Positions 56,327 to 64,000 of a stretch of 64,000 nucleotides of DNA are shown in pieces. Location of the stretch: assembly GCA_035527835.1 (NCBI GenBank), contig DATKZS010000196.1:1058-65057 (forward strand), written 5' to 3'. Below the pieces are notes generated by a model, which ran no database searches, was not told the origin of the DNA, and worked only from the letters and a program-made list of their open reading frames with translations. Positions within the stretch are counted from its first letter, which is position 1. Each line of letters opens with the position of its first letter. The stretch is from a bacterium (GTDB lineage Bacteria; RBG-13-61-14; DATKZS01). The translations under genes and the position numbers were made by a program.

Positions 56327-56647
56327 ATGGACCAAGAAACAAAGACCATTCTCTCCGAGTTCCGGCGCGGCCTGGAAGCGCTTTATGGCTCCAGGCTGAA
56401 ACACCTGGTGCTGTTCGGCTCACGGGCGCGGGGGGATGCGGACCGGGAGTCGGACATTGACGTGTTGGTGGTGCTGGGGGGATCGGTGGACGCTGGACGG
56501 GAGATTTCCCGCTGCGGGCAGTTGATGGCTGACGCGTCTCTGGCCCATACCGTGGTCATTTCATGCGTCTTCATGGAGGAGGACAGGTTTCTTCATCGCC
56601 AGGGACCGTTGCTTAGAAACGTGCGCCGAGAGGGGATCGAGATATGA
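56327..56647 (+). CDS. nucleotidyltransferase-domain antitoxin (MNT/MntA-like)
   Basis: GSRARGDADRESDIDVLVV minimal nucleotidyltransferase motif. Confidence 0.8.
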   Translation: MDQETKTILSEFRRGLEALYGSRLKHLVLFGSRARGDADRESDIDVLVVLGGSVDAGREISRCGQLMADASLAHTVVISCVFMEEDRFLHRQGPLLRNVRREGIEI

Positions 56648-57039
56648 GTCCTGACGAAAAAGAGCTGCTCTATAAAGCCGGTGAGAGTCTGAAAGCGGCC
56701 CGAATGATGCTGGAGGGAGGGTTCCCCGGATTCGCGGCATCACGGGCCTACTATACAATGTTCTACGTTGCCCAGGCGTTTCTGGAGCGTGAAGAGATGG
56801 CCTTCTCCAAGCATTCCGCGGTCATCTCCTTTTTCGGCAAGACTTTCAGCGGCACCGGCCGGGTCCCCTCTGAATTCCATCGCTACCTTTTGGAGGCTCA
56901 AGCAGCGCGCCTTGATGGCGACTACACGGCGCCGGAAAAGGTAAGCCGGGAACAGGCCGCGCTGCATATTGAACACGCGCAGAAGTTCCTGGACCTGGGT
57001 GAGAAAATGCTCGGACCCAAGGATGAATCAAAGGGATGA
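56644..57039 (+). CDS. HEPN-domain toxin (HepT-like)
   Basis: HEPN R-x4-6-H-like region in the C-terminal half. ATGA overlap with the MNT gene. Confidence 0.75.
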   Translation: MSPDEKELLYKAGESLKAARMMLEGGFPGFAASRAYYTMFYVAQAFLEREEMAFSKHSAVISFFGKTFSGTGRVPSEFHRYLLEAQAARLDGDYTAPEKVSREQAALHIEHAQKFLDLGEKMLGPKDESKG

Positions 57040-58013
57040 AAAAGTCCCGCCTCACCCTCTTTTCCTCCGCCGTGTTCATCGCCGCCGCCGTCATCGTGTT
57101 TTCCGTGTTCTCGCTGTTTGCGGACCGGCCCGCTCCCGGCCCGGCCGACACTCCCGGCTTTTACCGCGCGGCCGCGATTCCGGGCGTGGCCCATGAGCAC
57201 GTTCCGGGCATGACCGGCCATTTGAACGGGGTCGCGGCGCGGATCAATGAGCAGGGCTGGCGCGGAGGCGGGATCGAGATGCCCAAGCCCGCCGGCAATG
57301 TCCGGATCGTGGTCACGGGCGATTCCGTGGTCTTCGGCCAGGGGGTGGAGGAAAACTCGACGCTCGCCGTCCAGCTCGAAAAAAAGATCGAGGCTTTAGC
57401 CCCGGCGAAAAAATGGGAGACGATCAACGCCGGCGTGCGCGGTTATAATATAAAGGACTACGCGCTGATCTTTAAGCCCCGCGTCCTGGCCCTCGATCCG
57501 GACCTCGTGGTCCTGGTCATTACCGAGATCAACGATCCGGAGCGGGTCCCGTTCATTCCCCATTCCCCGAAAATGGACCGCTGGAAAAGGGCATGGTGGA
57601 CCAGGCTGCCCTTTATCAGGCCCCTGCTGGCGCTGCCGGTGGCCGAGGAGATGGGCCGCCTGCTCACGGCCCACGTGCGCGGGCTCTATGACCCGGCGGG
57701 CCCGGAATGGCCGGCGTTCCTGAAAGAATTGACCGACATTGTCAACGCGAGCCGGGAGGCCCACGTCGCCATCATCGTCGTGACCTTTCCCTACCTGGAT
57801 GACGCCGACGTGTTCCACGACGAGAGAGCGCGCCTGCAGCGGGCGCTCACGGAGCTCGGGGTCCCATGGATTGACCCGCGGCCGGAATTGGCACGCCACG
57901 CCTCATCCGCGCTGGTGGTGAGCAGGAACGATTTTCATCCTAACGCCCTGGCGCTGGGCATCACCGCCGGGCTGCTGGCGGGAACGGTGGTACGCGAATT
58001 TATTCAGCAGTGA
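57036..58013 (+). CDS. SGNH/GDSL-family hydrolase, signal-anchored
   Basis: GDS block IVVTGDSVVFGQG. N-terminal TM. ATGA overlap with the HEPN stop. Confidence 0.7.
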   Translation: MKKSRLTLFSSAVFIAAAVIVFSVFSLFADRPAPGPADTPGFYRAAAIPGVAHEHVPGMTGHLNGVAARINEQGWRGGGIEMPKPAGNVRIVVTGDSVVFGQGVEENSTLAVQLEKKIEALAPAKKWETINAGVRGYNIKDYALIFKPRVLALDPDLVVLVITEINDPERVPFIPHSPKMDRWKRAWWTRLPFIRPLLALPVAEEMGRLLTAHVRGLYDPAGPEWPAFLKELTDIVNASREAHVAIIVVTFPYLDDADVFHDERARLQRALTELGVPWIDPRPELARHASSALVVSRNDFHPNALALGITAGLLAGTVVREFIQQ

Positions 58014-58024
58014 CGATGCAAGGG

Positions 58025-58135
58025 ATTTTAAGCGCAAAGGCGCAAAGAACGCCAAGAATCAGCAGGAAAAAATCCGGTGCATCCTGTAAATTCCGCTCTT
58101 CCTTTGCATTCTTTGCGCCTTTGCGCTTAAAAAAG
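58025..58135. repeat. hairpin related to the MITE ends, second copy
   Basis: GCGCAAAGGCGCAAAGAACGCCAAG ... CTTTGCATTCTTTGCGCCTTTGCGC. Confidence 0.6.
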
Positions 58136-58182
58136 AAGCTCAACTCAAGGACCAGCCATCATTCCCTTCACCACGGCCCTGC

Positions 58183-59402
58183 TCACTCATAGCGCAGGGC
58201 CTCGATGGGATCGAGCTTGGCCGCGCGCCAGGCCGGGTAGAACCCGAAGAAGATTCCGACCATTCCCGAGAAGATAAGCGCGAGCAGGATGTAGGCCGGG
58301 CTCACCAGCACCGGCCAGCCGGCGGTGCTCGACAAGATTTTGGCCGCCCCGATGCCGAGCAGGATGCCGATGATCCCGCCGATCCCGGACAGCACCATGG
58401 CCTCGACCAGGAACTGCATCAGGATGTCCCGCCGCCTGGCCCCCACCGCCATGCGCAGCCCGATCTCGCGCGTGCGCTCGGTCACGGAGACCAGCATGAT
58501 GTTCATGATTCCGATGCCGCCCACCATCAGGGAGATGGAGGCGATGACCGTGAGCAACAGTGTCATTACCCGGGACACCTGGGTGATGGTGGAGGTGACC
58601 TCGGTCATGTCCATGATGGAGAAGTCGTCTTCGGCGCCCGGGGCCAGGTGGTGCCGCTGCCGGAGCAGCGCGGTGATGTCGTCGGTGGCCTGGTCCAGGA
58701 CCTTCATCGAGCTGAGCTTGACCATGATCTGGTCAACGTCGTTGAACTGCGAGTTCTGCAGCACGTGCCGGCAGGTGGTCCACGGGATCACGATGGTGTC
58801 GTCCTGGTCCATTCCAAACGCCGCGGTCCCCTTCGGAGCAAACACCCCGATCACCCGGAAAGGCATGTTGCCGATCCGGATGGTCTCGCCGATCGGGTCC
58901 TCGTCGTTGAAAAGCTGCTTGACCACCGTCATCCCCAGCACCGCCACCCGCGAGCTGATCGTAACCTCGGAATCCATGAAAAAACGGCCCGCCAGCAAAC
59001 TCCAACTGCGAATTTCCGGATACGACGGAGCAACGCCCTGAATCTGCGTCGCCCAGTTCATGTCCTGGTAAATAACCTGCCGGCCCGTGCGCTCCAGCGG
59101 CGTCACCGCCGCGACGTAAGGGCTTTCCTTGAAGATCGCCTCCGCATCCTCCGCCGTCAGCGTCCGCGAGCTGCCCGCGCCGCCGTGCATGCCCCGCATC
59201 ATCGAGCTGCCGGGAAAGATGATCATCAGGTTGTTGCCCAGGCTCTTGATCTGGTCCTGGATCATGACCGTGGCGCCCTGGCCCACCGCCATCATCGCGA
59301 TCACCGCCGCGATGCCCACGATGATCCCCAAGGTCGTCAACAGCGAGCGCACCTTGTTGCGCACCAGCGCCCGCATCGCCACCCGGAGCGTCGCCCACAC
59401 GT

Positions 59403-59406
<4 letters not shown>
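58183..59406 (-). CDS. ABC transporter permease, FtsX/MacB-type
   Basis: N-terminal TM, large periplasmic domain, and C-terminal FtsX 3-TM bundle. Confidence 0.88.
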
Positions 59407-60074
<668 letters not shown>

Positions 60075-60075
60075 G

Positions 60076-61308
60076 TCAGTGCGCCACCCTGCGCACGTTG
60101 CGCGACGGCATCTGCGGCATGAACGGGTTCACCTGCTGGTTGCCCTCCCCCGCCTCCACCATCCCGACCACCACCTGCTGACCCGCGGTGAGGCCGGGAC
60201 CCGACACCTCGGTAAACGAGCCGTCGCTGATGCCCGTCGTCACCCTGACCTCGGAAAGGCCCTTGTCCGCAAGCACATAAATCTTGTGCCCGTGCTCCAC
60301 GGAACGGCCTTGCTCGCCCGCGCCCGCCCAGGGCACGCCCGCGGCCTCTCCCTGCGCCGCGGGGCGGAAACGCAGCGCCGCGTTCGGGACCTTGAGCACG
60401 TCCTCGTGCCGCGCCACCTCGACCGAGACGTTGGCCGTCATCCCCGGCAAGAGCTTGCGCTCCGGGTTCTCGGCCGTGATGATCACCGTATAGGTCACCA
60501 CGTTCTGCACCGTGGTCGCGTTGATCCGCACCTGCGTCACCTCGCCGTGGAAGGTCTGGTCGGGGAAGGCGTCCACCGTGAACGACACCGGCTGGCCATC
60601 GGCCGCCTTCCCGATGTCGGCCTCCGGGATCGCCGCCTCCACCTGGACATGGCTCAAGTCCGTGGCGATCACGAAGATGGTCGCCGCGGCCAGGCTCGCC
60701 ACCACGGTCTGGCCCTCGCTCACGTTGCGCGCCACCACCACTCCGTTGACCGGCGACTTGATCACCGTGTAGCTCAGGTCCGCCTGCGAAAGACGCAACT
60801 GCGCCTGGGCCTGGTCCACCGCCGCCCGTGACTGCTTGAGCTGCGCCACCAGCACGTCGCGGCTGGCCACGTCCGCGTCCAGCTCCGAGAGCGAGATCAG
60901 GTTCCGGGGCAGGAGCTGGCGGTCGCGCGCAAGCTCCTTCTCCGCCTTCCAGAGCTGCGCCTTGACCTGCTGGACGTCGGCCCTGCTCCGTACCACGTTG
61001 GCCTGGTCCTGGGCCACCCGGGCCTCGTAAACCGTGGGGTCTATCTGCGCCACCGTCTGGCCTTCCCGGACCTCCGAGTTGAAATCAACGTAGAGCTTGC
61101 TGATCCGGCCCGTCACCTGCGTGCCCACCTCGACCTGCTTGATGGGCTGGACCGTGCCGGTGGCCTTGACCGTCTGCACCACCAGGCCCTTCCCCACCGC
61201 CGCCACGTTGTAGCCAAGACCGCCGTTCCCGTCGCGCCACAGCCGCCACGCCCCCAGCGAACCCACCGCCACCACCGCCACCGCGGCATAAACCCAACGC
61301 CGTTTCAT
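60076..61308 (-). CDS. efflux periplasmic adaptor (HlyD/MacA family)
   Basis: Signal-anchor, coiled-coil hairpin, and beta-barrel/lipoyl regions. Confidence 0.88.
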   Translation of the reverse strand: MKRRWVYAAVAVVAVGSLGAWRLWRDGNGGLGYNVAAVGKGLVVQTVKATGTVQPIKQVEVGTQVTGRISKLYVDFNSEVREGQTVAQIDPTVYEARVAQDQANVVRSRADVQQVKAQLWKAEKELARDRQLLPRNLISLSELDADVASRDVLVAQLKQSRAAVDQAQAQLRLSQADLSYTVIKSPVNGVVVARNVSEGQTVVASLAAATIFVIATDLSHVQVEAAIPEADIGKAADGQPVSFTVDAFPDQTFHGEVTQVRINATTVQNVVTYTVIITAENPERKLLPGMTANVSVEVARHEDVLKVPNAALRFRPAAQGEAAGVPWAGAGEQGRSVEHGHKIYVLADKGLSEVRVTTGISDGSFTEVSGPGLTAGQQVVVGMVEAGEGNQQVNPFMPQMPSRNVRRVAH

Positions 61309-62777
61309 GGCTCATTTCCCCCGGTAATATGCTGAATCTGCGCCACCGCGGCCAGGTAATCGAACCGCGCCTGCACCTCTTGCGCCCGCGCGTTGCTGAG
61401 GCTCGTCTCCGCGTCCGTCAAATCCACGGCCGACGCCCGGCCGATCCTGTAAAGCTCGGTCACCAGCTCCAGGTTGTCCTGGGCCTGGCCCACCACCTGC
61501 TCCGTGAGCTCCATCCGCCTCTTCGCGTCCTCCAACTGCGCCTGGGCCTGCTTGAGCTGCACGAAGATCTGCTGCTCCAGCTCCGACTTCCGAGCCCGGG
61601 CCGACCGCAGCGCCGCCGCCGCCTGGTCCACCGAGTTCACCTTCCGAAACCCGCTGAACAGGTCCAGCGAGATGAGCGGGCCCACCGCCCAATTCCACGT
61701 CAGCGGAAAATCGCTCCCGTTCCAGGTATAGCCCGCGCCCAGCGTCAGCTTCGGCGCCAGGTCCGCGATCGAGTAATCAACCCCCGCCGACGCCGCCCTC
61801 TCCTGCTCCATGAGCGCCAGCAGGCTCGGGTTGTGCGACCGCGCCTCATCCATCAGCGCGTCAAACGCCACGCTGTACTCCGTCACCGCCGGCTCCGTCA
61901 CTATAAATCCCGGGTCTTCGGCCAGCCCCATCGCCTGCGCCAGCGCCGCGCGCGAGGTCTTCACCGCGTTCTCCGCGCTGATCACGTTGAGCCGCGCGTT
62001 GCCCAGGTCCACCTCCGCCTTGGTCAGGTCGTACCGGATCCGCCGCCCCACCTCCACCAGGGCCCGGGTCTGCTCCAGGTGCGCCTCGAACTCTTTCTCC
62101 GTGTCCCGCGCCACCACCAAGAGCGCCTGCGCCTTCGATAAATCGTAATACGCCTGCCGCACCAGAAACGTGACGTCGTTCGCCGCGGACCGCAAATTCT
62201 GTTCCGCCGCCAGCTTGTTCGCGCCCGCCTGCCGCACCAGCGCCGACGTCCGCCCGAAGTCCAACAGCAACTGGTCCAGGTTCACCCCCGCGCTGTACGA
62301 ATCTTCCGAGTCGTTGCTCGGAGAAGGCGCGCCCGGCGCCGAAGAGTTCTGCGTGGTCCGCTCGTACTGGGCCTGCGACCTTACCGTCGGCAGATACCCC
62401 GACACCGCGTCCTGAGCCCGGCTCCGGGCAATCGCCAGGTTCTCCTGGGCCACCACCATTTGCGGATGATATTGAAGCGCGAGCTCCACCGCCCGCTCGG
62501 CCGTGAGCTCCGTGCCCGCCGAAAGCCCGGCCTCCGCCGCCGTAACCGTCCGCTCGCCCGCCGGCGCCCGGCTCGCGTCCTGCGCCAGACGGGCGTTCTT
62601 GATCTGCGTACAGCCTCCGCCCGCCGCCAGCACCAGCGCCAGGATGACGCGCAACCCGGCCGCCCGCCCGGACCTTTCTTTCCTCGCCTTCATTGCTTCT
62701 CTCCTCGCACTGCCGTCCCTGCCACTATCCGCATGAGGGTTCTTTCCTATACTTTTGAGAAACATGGTTTTCTTCAC
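61305..62777 (-). CDS. TolC-family outer-membrane efflux protein
   Basis: Lipoprotein-type signal (LAAGGGC). Tandem coiled/beta repeats typical of OEP. Start is uncertain. Confidence 0.8.
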   Translation of the reverse strand: MKKTMFLKSIGKNPHADSGRDGSARREAMKARKERSGRAAGLRVILALVLAAGGGCTQIKNARLAQDASRAPAGERTVTAAEAGLSAGTELTAERAVELALQYHPQMVVAQENLAIARSRAQDAVSGYLPTVRSQAQYERTTQNSSAPGAPSPSNDSEDSYSAGVNLDQLLLDFGRTSALVRQAGANKLAAEQNLRSAANDVTFLVRQAYYDLSKAQALLVVARDTEKEFEAHLEQTRALVEVGRRIRYDLTKAEVDLGNARLNVISAENAVKTSRAALAQAMGLAEDPGFIVTEPAVTEYSVAFDALMDEARSHNPSLLALMEQERAASAGVDYSIADLAPKLTLGAGYTWNGSDFPLTWNWAVGPLISLDLFSGFRKVNSVDQAAAALRSARARKSELEQQIFVQLKQAQAQLEDAKRRMELTEQVVGQAQDNLELVTELYRIGRASAVDLTDAETSLSNARAQEVQARFDYLAAVAQIQHITGGNEP

Positions 62778-62845
62778 TCCCCTTTTCTTCTAATGAAACA
62801 ATATTTCTTCCTCAGCGTTCTCCGCGTCTCTGCGGTTTTATAAAA

Positions 62846-63457
62846 CTATTTGCTACCAACAGCCACGCCGTGCAGAAAAAAGTCCGCGTGCAGCGCGGCC
62901 TCTTCCTCGATCGGAGTGTTCTCGTCTCTCATCATCCGCTCCATCACCAGCGCCACGCTCGACATCACGAACATGGCCGCCGCCTTCTCCGGCGGCAGGG
63001 GGCGGAACATGACCTGCTTTACGCCCTCATCGTAAACACGACTGATCTTAAGTATAAGCACTTGTTGCCGGTCACGCCCTTTGGGGTGCATCCGCGGGCC
63101 GGAAAGTTCCGGGTCCAGAAGCACCCGGAAGAACGCCCGGTTCTCGTCAAAATATTTCAGCACGCACAGGACCACGTCCCTGAGCCGCTGGTCCGGGGCC
63201 GCCCCCGAACCCAGAATCTTGTCTATCTCCTTGTCCAGCGGGTCAAGGCTGCTCCTGACCGCGTAACGCAAAAGATCGTCCTTGTCCTTGAAATAGTTGT
63301 AGAGCGTGCCCTTCGCCATCCCCGCCGCCTGCGTCACCCGCTCCATGGTCAGCTTCCGCCAACCCTCCTCCACCAATATCTGTATCACCGCCCGATGCAG
63401 CGACTCCTTCATCATCGCGTGCCACATCTCTTTTCTTTCTTCCTGCGGATTCACCAT
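62846..63457 (-). CDS. TetR/AcrR-family transcriptional regulator
   Basis: HTH LTMERVTQAAGMAKGTLYNYF. Divergent from nothing obvious; sits upstream of the efflux operon. Confidence 0.85.
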   Translation of the reverse strand: MVNPQEERKEMWHAMMKESLHRAVIQILVEEGWRKLTMERVTQAAGMAKGTLYNYFKDKDDLLRYAVRSSLDPLDKEIDKILGSGAAPDQRLRDVVLCVLKYFDENRAFFRVLLDPELSGPRMHPKGRDRQQVLILKISRVYDEGVKQVMFRPLPPEKAAAMFVMSSVALVMERMMRDENTPIEEEAALHADFFLHGVAVGSK

Positions 63458-63783
63458 GTGATCCCCTTGAATGACCATTCGGTCATAAATTGACCATTTA
63501 TTCATTATACGAACATAATAGTCATTTTATTTACTCTTTAGTCATTTGTCAAGCCGAAAAGTTCACCGAATTTTACAATAAGCAGGGAGGTTCTCAGAAA
63601 AAAGGATCGAGGATCGAGGAGCGAGGATCGAGGGGGTCCGCAAAATATCCTCGATTCTCGCTTCTCGCTCCTCGCTTCTTTTCATAATTTCCGGGCGCCG
63701 CCTCGCGACATGAGCGACTGCGCCCGAGAGTGGATCATTCTCGAGTCCGCGAGCAGGTGCTCTTAAGCCGGAAGAACCAATTT

Positions 63784-64000
63784 TATTTCGGCTCGCGGAA
63801 GGAGCCGTTGGCCATGGGGATGGCGAGGAGGGACTCGATTTTTTCGAGGACGGCGTCGCGCTCGTCTCCCCGCATCTGTTCGCGGACTCGGGCGGCGAGG
63901 ATGTCGAGGACCTGGGCGAAGGTCGCGGGTCCCTTGTTATTGAGGTCCGGGGGGATGTGGGGCTTGAGGTCGGTGGTGACGTCGGAGAGGGGGAAGGCGG
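63784..64000 (-). CDS. 3' end of an unidentified gene running off the window
   Basis: Open frame on the minus strand with a TAA stop at 63784-63786. Codon usage matches the genome. Confidence 0.3.

Overview
This is a GC-rich bacterial chromosomal fragment, roughly two-thirds G+C judged by eye, from an organism I cannot identify. About 58 protein-coding genes are supportable.

The housekeeping core includes the groES-groEL chaperonin operon with a CIRCE operator and a sigma70-type promoter, the replication-restart helicase PriA, the branched-chain aminotransferase IlvE, an acyl-CoA dehydrogenase, and the TrkA/TrkH potassium uptake pair. There is a potassium channel with RCK domains next to a cyclic-nucleotide-binding protein and a CheY-like receiver. 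A ten-gene MoxR-DUF58-BatA-BatE aerotolerance-type operon lies on the minus strand at 41985-52719. Efflux is represented by a MacAB-TolC-like module with a TetR regulator. There are at least five type II toxin-antitoxin pairs: DUF4258/YgiT-zinc-finger, RelE-ParE with an antitoxin, DUF5615/DUF433, HEPN/MNT, and a solitary DUF2283.

Two things stand out. The first is an 8.3 kb accessory island at 11036-19356, between groEL and a GT39-like glycosyltransferase. It holds two TA pairs, an MBL-fold alkylsulfatase-like gene, and a sharply AT-rich 400-aa orphan gene of unknown family at 14295-15497. That orphan gene has C-terminal transmembrane helices and sits directly downstream of a near-consensus promoter module. 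The second is an extraordinary density of intergenic structured repeats, at least nine families. These include a 100-bp triple-hairpin REP-like element always placed 3' of genes, octamer (GGTTTGNG)n tracts forming long hairpins, AGGAT-nonamer palindromes upstream of gene starts, and a terminal-inverted-repeat MITE-like element flanking an AraC-family gene. They also include a dispersed promoter-bearing module (TTGACA-N16-TATACT) present five times, and about 0.8 kb composite blocks duplicated on both sides of the sulfatase-like gene.

I saw no rRNA, no convincing tRNA, no CRISPR array and no transposase or integrase gene. Start codons are often uncertain because the ORF track uses alternative starts and many shadow ORFs occur in this high-GC DNA.
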